A stretch of 64,000 bases of DNA. Source: Candidatus Nanohaloarchaea archaeon. Lineage in GTDB: Archaea; Nanohalarchaeota; Nanosalinia; Nanosalinales; Nanosalinaceae. Shown here piece by piece: positions 9,439 to 18,435 of the stretch (its first letter is position 1; each line of letters starts with the position of its first letter). Location of the stretch: positions 160,001 to 224,000 of the forward strand of contig CP046106.1 of NCBI GenBank assembly GCA_013343275.1. The letters are read 5' to 3'. The notes under the pieces are model-generated. The model was not told the origin of the DNA. It made no database searches and saw only the letters and a list, made by a program, of their open reading frames with translations. Made by a program: the position numbers and the translations under genes.

Positions 9439-10364
9439 TGGTTGATCTCCTCCTCTCTGAACTCTGGAAGGTTCTCTAGAATCTCCTCTCTACGATCCTG
9501 AAGCTCTTCAGGCAGCACGAAGTTTGTTCCGAGCTCCTCTACAGACTCATCTGCGGTATAGCCAGGCCCCATGGTGGAGAACTCGAAGAGAACTCCGGTA
9601 GGCATCCGGCAGTAGATCGAGGAGAAGTACTTCCTGCTGATAACTGGTGATGGCTGAAGGCCGATTCTCTGCAGTTGATCTCTCCATTTCTCGAGTTCTT
9701 GCTCGCTTTCTGCAGCTTTAAACGCGGTGTGGTGGACACTGCCTCGGCCCATCCTGCCGTGTTCAGAAGTCTCGATTATCTCAACTCCAGAACCATCTTC
9801 TGCCTCGTAGTAAGTATCTTCAAGGCCTTTAATCTCTTCCAGATCCATTATATCAAGTACTTTCTCCAAGTCCTCAGAGCTGTGGGCCTGTACTGTTACG
9901 TGGTGCATTCCACGGATCTGGTTTTCTTCTGGAACAGTGCTGTCGGGCCATGGCGTGTAGTCTTCGGTATCTTCCGGGATCAGTCGAAGTGAGAGGCCGT
10001 CAGGGTCTTCAAAACTTAGAGTTTCTTTCCCATGCCATTTTTCATTTTCAAAGTCGAGGCCTTCATCTTCCAGTCTATCTTTCCAGTAATCTACTGAGTT
10101 CTCGGGTATTCTGAGGCCTAGCTCTGTGATCATTCCGGCGCCGGGCTTTCCTTTTTGCTGGGCCATTCCGGGGAAGAATGTTACGCTGGTGCCGGGGGAG
10201 CCTTCTCTGTCGCCGTAGAATAGGTGGTACATCTCCGGTGCGTCGTGGTTGACAGTTTTCTTGACCATGCGGAGGCCTAGAGTGTTTACGTAGAACTTGG
10301 CGTTTTCTGTTGGGTCGCCTGCGATCGCTGTGAAATGGTGGAGGCCTTTAACTTCTGGTGTCAT
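9435..10364 (-). CDS. Ring-cleaving dioxygenase / glyoxalase (VOC, MhqO-like)
   Basis: GLHHFTAIA, LGLRMVKKTVNHD, YHLFYGD, GSVHHTAF, RKYFSSIY. Confidence 0.9.
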   Translation of the reverse strand: MTPEVKGLHHFTAIAGDPTENAKFYVNTLGLRMVKKTVNHDAPEMYHLFYGDREGSPGTSVTFFPGMAQQKGKPGAGMITELGLRIPENSVDYWKDRLEDEGLDFENEKWHGKETLSFEDPDGLSLRLIPEDTEDYTPWPDSTVPEENQIRGMHHVTVQAHSSEDLEKVLDIMDLEEIKGLEDTYYEAEDGSGVEIIETSEHGRMGRGSVHHTAFKAAESEQELEKWRDQLQRIGLQPSPVISRKYFSSIYCRMPTGVLFEFSTMGPGYTADESVEELGTNFVLPEELQDRREEILENLPEFREEEINQ

Positions 10365-10424
10365 AATGTTATCTGGTTTGAAAACGAACCATTAAATAAA
10401 GTGAAGGGACACAGGTGTAACCAC

Positions 10425-10763
10425 ATGCAACAGGAAAACGCTGGGCCGTGCTCGATAGTCGAATCGTTCGACATGATTGGCTCGAAATGGAAACTGATAG
10501 TACTCAACGACCTGCAGGGCGGAGAGAAAAGGTTCAACCAGCTGAAGAGATCGACAGAGGCCTCCTCGAGGACGCTTTCACGTGTACTTCAGAACCTGAA
10601 GGGTGAAGGCCTTGTAGAGAAAAGAGTCGAAGATGGAAACCCGGTAGCAACTTTTTACTCGTTGACCGAGGCCGGAAAATCGCTGTGCCCGGTATTCGAA
10701 GAGATAGAGGACTGGGCTGATGAATGGCTGAACGAGGCAGAAATTAAAAATTCGGAGGCCTGA
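10425..10763 (+). CDS. HxlR family winged-helix transcriptional regulator
   Basis: C...IGSKWKL.VL..L...KRF.QL, YSLT..G..L; divergent from the dioxygenase operon. Confidence 0.88.
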   Translation: MQQENAGPCSIVESFDMIGSKWKLIVLNDLQGGEKRFNQLKRSTEASSRTLSRVLQNLKGEGLVEKRVEDGNPVATFYSLTEAGKSLCPVFEEIEDWADEWLNEAEIKNSEA

Positions 10764-10772
10764 AACTTTTTC

Positions 10773-11339
10773 ATGAACTTCAAAGAAAAGTACTCAGATT
10801 TCTTCGAAACACTGCATCCGAACTACTGGGACGAGGACCGGTTCGTACCGGCGGTAGGCCCGGAAGACGCGGATGTAATGATGATAGGCGAGGCCCCGGG
10901 AGCGAACGAAGTGGAGGAAGGAGAGCCTTTCGTCGGAAGAGCTGGAGAACGACTCAATGATATACTTCACGATATCGATGTTGATCGGGACGAAATCTAT
11001 ATTACCAATCTGGTGAAGATCAGGCCTCCTGACAACCGCGATCCGAAAAGCGATGAGATCGAGGCCTGGGCACCGCTTCTCGAACAGGAAATCGAGAACG
11101 TCGAGCCGGATATAATCGTGACTCTGGGGAACTTCGCATCCAAGCACATGCTCGATACTTCCAAAGGAATCAGCAAGATTCACGGCCGGATATTCACACG
11201 TGAGGGCCAGAAAATCATGCCGGTATACCATCCGGCAGCAACACTGTACGACCGATCTAAAGGCCCGGAACTTGAGAAAGACCTGAGAAAGGCCTTTGGG
11301 AAAGAAGAGTCTGGTCAGAAGAAGTTCACTGATTTCTAG
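10773..11339 (+). CDS. udg: Uracil-DNA glycosylase family 4
   Basis: GEAPG, PFVGRAG, YITN.VK.RPP.NR.P, YHPAA. Confidence 0.9.
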   Translation: MNFKEKYSDFFETLHPNYWDEDRFVPAVGPEDADVMMIGEAPGANEVEEGEPFVGRAGERLNDILHDIDVDRDEIYITNLVKIRPPDNRDPKSDEIEAWAPLLEQEIENVEPDIIVTLGNFASKHMLDTSKGISKIHGRIFTREGQKIMPVYHPAATLYDRSKGPELEKDLRKAFGKEESGQKKFTDF

Positions 11340-11378
11340 GCCGGAAAATACTTCAGACTTCCCACCTTAACTTTCACT

Positions 11379-11567
11379 ATGGTAGGGTCGCCTTATCAGG
11401 GCCGTGAAAGTATAGAGAAACTTGTCCAGGAGGAAGAGCTACCGGACCTGTCCGATTTCTCATACAGGGAAGGCCTAAGTGGCGATAGAGATATAATCTA
11501 TGAGGAAGACAGTATGAAGGCCTGGCTTTCGGCAGAGTACTCTCTCGATCTGTCGGAGGAGCTGTAG
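11379..11567 (+). CDS. Small acidic hypothetical protein
   Basis: 62-aa ORF in operon position; 'IIY...AWL.A' pattern seen in small haloarchaeal proteins. Confidence 0.55.
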   Translation: MVGSPYQGRESIEKLVQEEELPDLSDFSYREGLSGDRDIIYEEDSMKAWLSAEYSLDLSEEL

Positions 11568-11609
11568 AGCCTTCTCCATTCTAAAAGTTTAGTAACCTAA
11601 AAATACTCT

Positions 11610-12476
11610 ATGAAGAAGTACAAACCTATAATCGATGACTGGGATGCCTTCAAGGCAGAATCAGACGAGCATCCGGTTAACGCTGTCAGAAAAAACCCGC
11701 TGAAGGCAAAGGAAGACTTCGAGGAGAAACTTGCTGAGAGATTTCAATATGAGAAAGCAGACTGGGCCGATGGAATCTACAGGCTCGATACGGAATCCCC
11801 GGGGAAAAGCCTTCTGCACTGGAGAGGAGAGTACTATGTACAGGAGGAATCCGCAGCCCTACCTATAGAAGTACTGGATCCAAAGCCCGGAGAAAAAGTA
11901 CTTGACATGTGCGCCGCACCTGGGGGAAAAACCACTCAGATAGCTGCAAAAATGAATAATAAAGGCCTTGTAGTAGCAAACGATGAATCCAGCCAGCGAA
12001 TGAAAAGCTTGCACGCCAACGTCTACAGGACAGGCTCAGCTATTGTAGACGCCACCAACTACGATGCCCGAAGGCTACCTGAGGAGAAATTCGACAGAAT
12101 ACTTGTCGATGCACCCTGTTCGGGTGAAGGAGATCGTTTCTACGAAACATTTACAGCTATCGATGAGCAGGACTCCCGTGACCTGGCCAAGCTACAGTTT
12201 CAGATACTGGAAAAGGCCTCACAGATGATCAGAGAAGGAGGAACGGTTGTCTATTCCACATGTACTATCAGCCCGATTGAAAACGAGGGAGTGGTACAGA
12301 GAGCTGTAGATGAGACAGAACTGGAACTTAAAGAGATCGAAACCAGTATACCGCACGTAGAAGGGGTAGACTCTTTCGAGGATCTTGATTACGATGCTGA
12401 TATGAGCAAATGCGTCCGCGTATATCCACATCACGTTAATTCAGGGGTGATCTTCGTTGCAAAACTTGAGAAGTAA
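11610..12476 (+). CDS. RsmB/NOP2 family RNA m5C methyltransferase
   Basis: YYVQE, VLDMCAAPGGKT, DAPCSG, YSTCT, ENE. Confidence 0.92.
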   Translation: MKKYKPIIDDWDAFKAESDEHPVNAVRKNPLKAKEDFEEKLAERFQYEKADWADGIYRLDTESPGKSLLHWRGEYYVQEESAALPIEVLDPKPGEKVLDMCAAPGGKTTQIAAKMNNKGLVVANDESSQRMKSLHANVYRTGSAIVDATNYDARRLPEEKFDRILVDAPCSGEGDRFYETFTAIDEQDSRDLAKLQFQILEKASQMIREGGTVVYSTCTISPIENEGVVQRAVDETELELKEIETSIPHVEGVDSFEDLDYDADMSKCVRVYPHHVNSGVIFVAKLEK

Positions 12477-12891
12477 AGGATACCGCTATCTGGAGGACAG
12501 GTTTGGAATAGAGGAAGGCGATCTTGAGAGCCTGGAGCTTGTAGAGCGGCATGATGATCTGTGGCTGGCCTCGGAAGAGGAAACAGGTTACGACGCCGAG
12601 ACTCGAGGGATAAGAGCGCTTCGGGATACCGGTATTGGCCTTAAACCCACGACTTATCTGTTGCAGCAGCTAGATGAGAAAATTGAGAAAAATATCGTTG
12701 ACCTGACGGACGAAGAGTTCAAGGATCTGCTGGCCAGGGAAAACATGATTGACAGAGAACTGAGTGAGGGAGGATACGTGGCCCTGAAATATGGTTCAAG
12801 GATCGTAGGCTGCGGTTTCTACAAGAACGAGAAGGTCTCCAGCAGGATTCCCAAAGGCCGCTCAAAAGAACTTCTGAAAGCGCTTTTCTAG
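12457..12891 (+). CDS. NIP7/PUA-like partner of the m5C methyltransferase
   Basis: YLEDRFGI, G.R.LR, KPTT, SRIPKGR; overlaps the methyltransferase gene. Confidence 0.65.
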   Translation: MQNLRSKGYRYLEDRFGIEEGDLESLELVERHDDLWLASEEETGYDAETRGIRALRDTGIGLKPTTYLLQQLDEKIEKNIVDLTDEEFKDLLARENMIDRELSEGGYVALKYGSRIVGCGFYKNEKVSSRIPKGRSKELLKALF

Positions 12892-13130
12892 TGTCCGTCG
12901 CCTGAACTATCGATTATAGCTTCCAGAATATAGACGACGAGTAACAGGCCTGTCAGCTGCGCTGCAATTATCTCAGGAGTGGTGGATATCTGGAGCAGGT
13001 TAGTGGAGCCGTAACCCTGGTTCTTCAGAAGCATAAAGTCGTAGCCAAGGACGGCAACTGTCATTATATCTACAACTGTAGATCCCTCAATCTTTTCCCG
13101 AAGACCTCCGCCACTACTACCGTAACTCAT
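12888..13130 (-). CDS. Small membrane protein
   Basis: 80 aa with two hydrophobic segments. Confidence 0.55.
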   Translation of the reverse strand: MSYGSSGGGLREKIEGSTVVDIMTVAVLGYDFMLLKNQGYGSTNLLQISTTPEIIAAQLTGLLLVVYILEAIIDSSGDGH

Positions 13131-13226
13131 AGTTTCAGATTTCGAGGCCTGAAATAAATAAGCTACCTGTCTCTAACTCCAGGCCCTCTTTACCTATATA
13201 AAAGTTACAGTCTGTATTTTTGCATA

Positions 13227-13339
13227 CTGGCGGCCATAGCGAGGGGGCAACACCCGTACCCATTCCGAACACGGAAGTAAAGTCCCTCAGCGATCGCATC
13301 AGTACTGCCTTTTCGGCGGAAGCGTGCGGACGCTGCCAG
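13227..13339 (+). rRNA. rrf: 5S rRNA, not linked to 16S/23S (ends approximate)
   Basis: Terminal helix CTGGCGGC/GCTGCCAG; conserved CACCCGTACCCATTCCGAACACGGAAGT and AGTACT. Confidence 0.92.
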
Positions 13340-13403
13340 ACTATTTTTACCTTTCGTTTCTCCGATCGAAAGAGTTAATTACTTCTTCTGTGAAGACACT
13401 GTC

Positions 13404-14090
13404 ATGATCTCTGCTCTTGAGGACGCAGTCAGGGGATACTGGCCCTATAAAATCTCTACTGTACTTGTTCTGCTGATTCTCTTCTTCGGGTCTGTAATGG
13501 TGATGGATCAGAGGATTGATGCTAACTCTGATGCTGCGATCGCAAATGTAGAAGTAACAGCAAACCTTTCCGCAGTATACGCATTCCAGCACTACTATAA
13601 CAGTACCAATCAATCTCAAAACGTTCAGAAGATGCAGGGTTTGAGAGAGGATACTCTGGACAGCTCCCAGACTGTCAAGAGAGGAAAAGTTTACCAGGCG
13701 GCGCTTTTTACTGGGTTTGCAATAAAGCAGATAGATCCCTTTTACCGTGTTCCCTGTCTAGAAACCTCAGACGGCTGTATATTCTATTTAGATAAGAGCG
13801 TCAGGCAGGAAATTAGTTCCATACTTGATAAGTCGGGCTCGGAGCAGTTTCTCAGAGATTTCGCAGACAACTATAACTTGACTGTTGAAGAACGGTTCTA
13901 CAACAAGTACTCCAGAAATAACACTGGGACTCCAGGAAGTTTCGGTGCATCATTGCTGGAGAAAGGCTCTGGGAAAGAACTGGATGCTACAACTTTCACA
14001 GTTAATGCCCTCTACCTGGCTATACTTGGACTAATTATCTCAACTTTTGCTGCATTCCTGCGAGAGATGATTAAAGGTGATAGAAGCTGA
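13404..14090 (+). CDS. Hypothetical membrane protein (N- and C-terminal TM helices, extracellular loop)
   Basis: Hydrophobic termini and several N-x-S/T sequons. Confidence 0.6.
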   Translation: MISALEDAVRGYWPYKISTVLVLLILFFGSVMVMDQRIDANSDAAIANVEVTANLSAVYAFQHYYNSTNQSQNVQKMQGLREDTLDSSQTVKRGKVYQAALFTGFAIKQIDPFYRVPCLETSDGCIFYLDKSVRQEISSILDKSGSEQFLRDFADNYNLTVEERFYNKYSRNNTGTPGSFGASLLEKGSGKELDATTFTVNALYLAILGLIISTFAAFLREMIKGDRS

Positions 14091-14521
14091 GTAAGCTCAC
14101 TTCGTGGATTCTCTGGAAGGGAGAAAATATTGGGGCAAAAATTCTCTCTAAGTTTCTGTGGCCGCCGGCAGCAGCACACACAGTAGTAATCAGAGATGGA
14201 AGTTTACTGGCTGTGAATACTGGAGAGTACCTCATGCTGCCAGGAGGCCTTCTTGACGCAGGAGAAAGCTTTGAGGATGCAGCAGTCAGGGAGACAAGAG
14301 AGGAAACAGGCCTGGAGATCGAACTGAGAAATGAAATAAAGATAGAGCGTAGAGAAGGCCTAGGGCCTGCAGCTTTCTTCACTGCAGATGTGGCTGGTGG
14401 AGAAATGCAGGGGTCGTGGGAAGGAGAACCGTGCTGGGTTCCTCTGGAACAGGTGGAAGATCACCGGTGGCGTTACAACAGGGATATGCGCTCGCTTATC
14501 GATGAAGCAGAAACCAGATGA
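14087..14521 (+). CDS. NUDIX hydrolase (start uncertain, CTG 14087 or GTG 14213)
   Basis: Nudix box PGG.L..GESFEDAAVRETREETGL; frame stays open back to 14084. Confidence 0.8.
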   Translation: MSKLTSWILWKGENIGAKILSKFLWPPAAAHTVVIRDGSLLAVNTGEYLMLPGGLLDAGESFEDAAVRETREETGLEIELRNEIKIERREGLGPAAFFTADVAGGEMQGSWEGEPCWVPLEQVEDHRWRYNRDMRSLIDEAETR

Positions 14522-14555
14522 AACTGGTAAATAAGTTGACACCAATCTCTGCAAC

Positions 14556-15419
14556 ATGGTAACAACTCAAGGCCTGAGGGCCAATGGTAAAATCTTTCTA
14601 CTCATATCAGTACTTACAGGAGTATTCCTCGGCGCCGGATACCTTCTAGGCGGTACAGGAGGCATGATTATAGGCCTTCTGATTGCAGGAGTAATGAATA
14701 TCGCAAGCTACTGGTTCTCCGACCGTATCGTACTCAAGATGTACGGCGCTGAAGAGATAAAAGAGGAGGAAAACCCTGAAATACACCAGATGGTTGAAAA
14801 ACTGGCCTCTAACGCTGGCATACCGAAACCAAGAATCTACAGATCCTCCATGCAGGTGCCGAACGCCTTCGCAACAGGAAGAAACCCGGAAAAAGGCGTA
14901 GTATGCGTAACCGACGGCCTCATGAACTCTCTAAATCAGGAGGAAATCGAAGGAGTAATCGCCCATGAACTGGCCCACATCAGGAACCGCGACACATTAA
15001 TCAATACAGCAGTTGCAACAGTTGCCGGAGCACTAGGCTTCCTGGCAGAAATGGCTTTCTGGGGAGCAATGTTCGGAGGCCGAGAAGAAGACGGAGAAAT
15101 GATCTCCGCACTCGCATTAATGATCATCACTCCGCTGATAGCTACAGTTATCCGGCTGGCAGTATCCAGAAGCATGGAGTATAGGGCCGATGCCCACGCA
15201 GTACAGATACACGGCCAGAAACAAGGTCTTTCCTCAGCACTAAAAAAGATAAACAGGGCGAGCTCCGGGCCTCAAAGGAGGCACGTTAACCGTTCGCAGG
15301 AGGCCGCTGCAAACCTGTTTATAGAAAATCCTTTCTCCAGCCACGGCATAACCAAATGGTTCTCAACGCACCCTGCGCTCCACGACAGGCTGAAGAACAT
15401 CGAGAAGACTGAACTATAA
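14556..15419 (+). CDS. htpX: Zinc metalloprotease HtpX (M48)
   Basis: PNAFATGR, AHELAH, SR.MEY.AD, FSTHP. Confidence 0.93.
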   Translation: MVTTQGLRANGKIFLLISVLTGVFLGAGYLLGGTGGMIIGLLIAGVMNIASYWFSDRIVLKMYGAEEIKEEENPEIHQMVEKLASNAGIPKPRIYRSSMQVPNAFATGRNPEKGVVCVTDGLMNSLNQEEIEGVIAHELAHIRNRDTLINTAVATVAGALGFLAEMAFWGAMFGGREEDGEMISALALMIITPLIATVIRLAVSRSMEYRADAHAVQIHGQKQGLSSALKKINRASSGPQRRHVNRSQEAAANLFIENPFSSHGITKWFSTHPALHDRLKNIEKTEL

Positions 15420-16198
15420 TGGCAGGGATCGCTGGCAACATCAACAGAACCTCGGACGCCTGGAAAGCAGATTACTGGGACAGAGTCGATCAGGTAGAGG
15501 ATGAGACAGGCCTGGACTTCTCTGAGTCTATAGACGATATCGAGAAAAAGGAGATGCCAGCGTTGGCCTCAATGGAGAAAAGAACGTACAGTATCGACGG
15601 CCAGGAATACGACCGCAACGTACTGAACATAAGCAACACCTTCGACTACCTCAACCCGGAGCTACAGCAGCACGTTCTTTCGCATGAAGGTATCCATGCA
15701 CTGGATTTCGAAAATGAACTTGTTCCACAGCTAGAGGCCTCGAGAAATATTTCTCCGGATGCAGCCCAGAGAATTTCTGTTCTGAAAGATCAGGGCCGTG
15801 ACAGGAAGGAAGGAGTTACTCAGGCCATCAACAAGAGGATTGCTCCGGATGCCAGCTCCCATTACTTCTACCCTGATGAAACCCGTGAAGTAGAGCAACT
15901 GCTCGAACAGAATGGAACAGATCTCGACTCAGAACTTCTAGAGGAGACGCAGAGTCTGGAAGAAGATATTGTAGATGCATACCGCGAAATAGATGCTCAG
16001 GTATCAGCGCCAGGTCTCTACTTCGAGTACGGTTCTTTCAACGGTACTGATTACAGCGTGATGGTGCTTGGAGAAGATGCAGAGGCCTATGGAGGAAATC
16101 TTACCGATGACTACCTGCTTGATGAGGAGAAGGGTCTTACGGATCTCGATTACGATGAGTTTGTTGATGCTGATCTGGAGAAGTATGATCTGGATTAG
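15419..16198 (+). CDS. Acidic hypothetical protein with HExxH zincin motif
   Basis: SHEGIH with a downstream EG.TQ; start overlaps the htpX stop. Confidence 0.6.
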   Translation: MAGIAGNINRTSDAWKADYWDRVDQVEDETGLDFSESIDDIEKKEMPALASMEKRTYSIDGQEYDRNVLNISNTFDYLNPELQQHVLSHEGIHALDFENELVPQLEASRNISPDAAQRISVLKDQGRDRKEGVTQAINKRIAPDASSHYFYPDETREVEQLLEQNGTDLDSELLEETQSLEEDIVDAYREIDAQVSAPGLYFEYGSFNGTDYSVMVLGEDAEAYGGNLTDDYLLDEEKGLTDLDYDEFVDADLEKYDLD

Positions 16199-16228
16199 AA
16201 ATGAAGAAAAGAAGAGGTATGAAGGCCT

Positions 16229-17197
16229 TTAGAGTGTTGTGTGTTCTCCGATTACTGCGTCGTTGATGTCCATGTCGTCGATTTCTGATTTCTGGTCGAT
16301 GATTGAGTTCCGGATGTCGGAGTTCTTGATGGTGGCCTCTGGGAATATGATTGAGTTCTGTACTTTTGCGTTTTCCAGTTGAACTCCTTCCATGATGAAA
16401 ACGTTGTCTCCGACTTCCGAGTTCTTTACACTGTCCGCGTTGTTGATACTTCCGTCAACTACTGTCTCGAATGCGTCAAGGTATCCGCGTGGCGTTCCCA
16501 CGTCGAACCAGTAACCGTCGAAGCTGAACGCGTAGGTAGGTGTCTGATTGTGCGCCCATTCAATAAGCCGGCCTGGCTCATCCAGGTACTGGTCTGCCGG
16601 AACATCTGTCTGCTTGAAATGCTGTTCGTACTCTTCGAAAAGAGAGACCTTGTCCTGTGGGAAGTAGTAGACCGCGATCGATCCCAGTGTTGAAGGCGGG
16701 TTCTCAGGTTTCTCAACGAAATCCATGATCTGATCGCCTTCAAGATCCACGACACCGATGCTTTTCGCGATCTCTTCGTCCTTCACATCGAATACAACAT
16801 TCGCCGGAGCATCTTTTTCACGGCAGAAATCCAGGAACTCAGATGTATCAAAGCTGTAGATATTGTCTCCGCCGATAACAACCAGGTCATCGTCAAGGCC
16901 TTCCTTCTCGATCAAGTTGATGATCGCACCGATAGTACCGGGCTTCTCCTCCTCAGAGTCCTGATTCTCGACAACTACTCGAGCATTCCTATCGTACTCC
17001 TCAACATAGTCTTCGAAATCCCCGGCGAATTTCTCGTTCGTCGAGATAATAGTCTCGTCAACCTCCTCATCCAGATCCTCAAGAATATAGTCAATTATAG
17101 GTTTTTCCTCTCCAAGAGGCAATAACGGCTTTGCACGGTCCTTGGTAATAGGCCACAAACGAGTAGCATGGCCTCCAGCAAGCACAATAGCTTTCAT
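16229..17197 (-). CDS. Sugar-phosphate nucleotidyltransferase
   Basis: VLAGGHATRLWPIT..RAKPLLP, GDN, EKP, WFDVGT, C-terminal LbH. Confidence 0.92.
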   Translation of the reverse strand: MKAIVLAGGHATRLWPITKDRAKPLLPLGEEKPIIDYILEDLDEEVDETIISTNEKFAGDFEDYVEEYDRNARVVVENQDSEEEKPGTIGAIINLIEKEGLDDDLVVIGGDNIYSFDTSEFLDFCREKDAPANVVFDVKDEEIAKSIGVVDLEGDQIMDFVEKPENPPSTLGSIAVYYFPQDKVSLFEEYEQHFKQTDVPADQYLDEPGRLIEWAHNQTPTYAFSFDGYWFDVGTPRGYLDAFETVVDGSINNADSVKNSEVGDNVFIMEGVQLENAKVQNSIIFPEATIKNSDIRNSIIDQKSEIDDMDINDAVIGEHTTL

Positions 17198-17342
17198 ACG
17201 TAATACAACGTAATACCAACTTAAATATCTCTGCCGAATCTTCAGAAAAGATTCGAGTCAAAGTAATTTTTACTCAATTCTGCGAGCTCGGGTAAACGCA
17301 CCGACCAAAAGACAGAAACCAGTAACTATCGAAGGCCTTCAC

Positions 17343-18428
17343 ATGAGCAACAGGAAAATCCTGCACGTCGATATGGACTCCTTCTACGCATCACTGGAGA
17401 AGGAGAGGAAAGGCCTTGAAGGCCCGATCGTGATATGTGTCTACTCCGGCCGTACAGAGGATTCCGGCGCGGTATCGACATGCAGTTATGAGGCCCGTGA
17501 TCTGGGCATCCATGCTGCGATGCCGATTACCAGAGCCAAGGAGATAGCGGATGAGTCAGGACAAGAAGTTCATTTCCTGCCGATGGACCGCGAGTACTAC
17601 CGTCAGGTATCCGATGAGATCCGAGAACAGATTTACGAAAACTACACGGAGAGGATCGAACAGGCCTCTATAGATGAAGCATACCTGGATACAACCGGAG
17701 AGGTTGAAAGTTTCGAGGAGGCCGAGGCCATAGCAAAAGAAATCCAGAAAGAGGTCGAGGAAAAGTTCGGCATCACCTGTTCTGTGGGAATCGGGCCGAA
17801 CAAATTGGTGGCGAAAATCGCCTCCGACCGTGAAAAACCTGAAGGTCTCACAGTCGTTAAACCGGATGAAGTCGATGAGTTCATGCGTTCTCTCGATCTG
17901 GAGGATATCCACGGAATCGGCGATAAAACCGTTGAAAAACTTGAGGCCCTTGGAATCACATCTGTAGAGGAACTAGCCAAGGCTGACACTCGGCAACTCA
18001 TCGAGGAGTTCGGACAGAACCTGGGAGTAAAGATACAGGAAAAGGCCCGCGGAGTTGACGATGAATCGGTAGAGGAGAGAGGCCAGAAACAGATCACACG
18101 TATTACTACTCTTGATCAGAACTCACGCAGTGTTAACCATATCAAAACCTATTTTCCAGATCTGGCTGATGAGATATTCGAGCAACTGGATGATAAAGGC
18201 CTTTACTTCGGAAAGGTAGTGCTTGTAGTTATCGATTCGGACATCCAGATGCATACACGGTCGAAGACTTTGAAAGCCCGGATTCAGGACAAAGAAAAGT
18301 TTATAGAGGTAGAAGAGGCCTTGCTGGAAGATTTCATGGATGGTTTCGATGGAGAGGTGCGCCGGATAGGCCTCAGGGTTTCTGACTTGGAGGAAGGTAG
18401 CGGTCAGAGAAGGCTGGGGAGTTTCTAG
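17343..18428 (+). CDS. dinB: Y-family DNA polymerase IV (Dpo4/DinB)
   Basis: HVDMDSFYAS, SYEAR, SIDEAYLD, AKIASD..KP.G. Confidence 0.95.
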   Translation: MSNRKILHVDMDSFYASLEKERKGLEGPIVICVYSGRTEDSGAVSTCSYEARDLGIHAAMPITRAKEIADESGQEVHFLPMDREYYRQVSDEIREQIYENYTERIEQASIDEAYLDTTGEVESFEEAEAIAKEIQKEVEEKFGITCSVGIGPNKLVAKIASDREKPEGLTVVKPDEVDEFMRSLDLEDIHGIGDKTVEKLEALGITSVEELAKADTRQLIEEFGQNLGVKIQEKARGVDDESVEERGQKQITRITTLDQNSRSVNHIKTYFPDLADEIFEQLDDKGLYFGKVVLVVIDSDIQMHTRSKTLKARIQDKEKFIEVEEALLEDFMDGFDGEVRRIGLRVSDLEEGSGQRRLGSF

Positions 18429-18435
18429 AGATATT

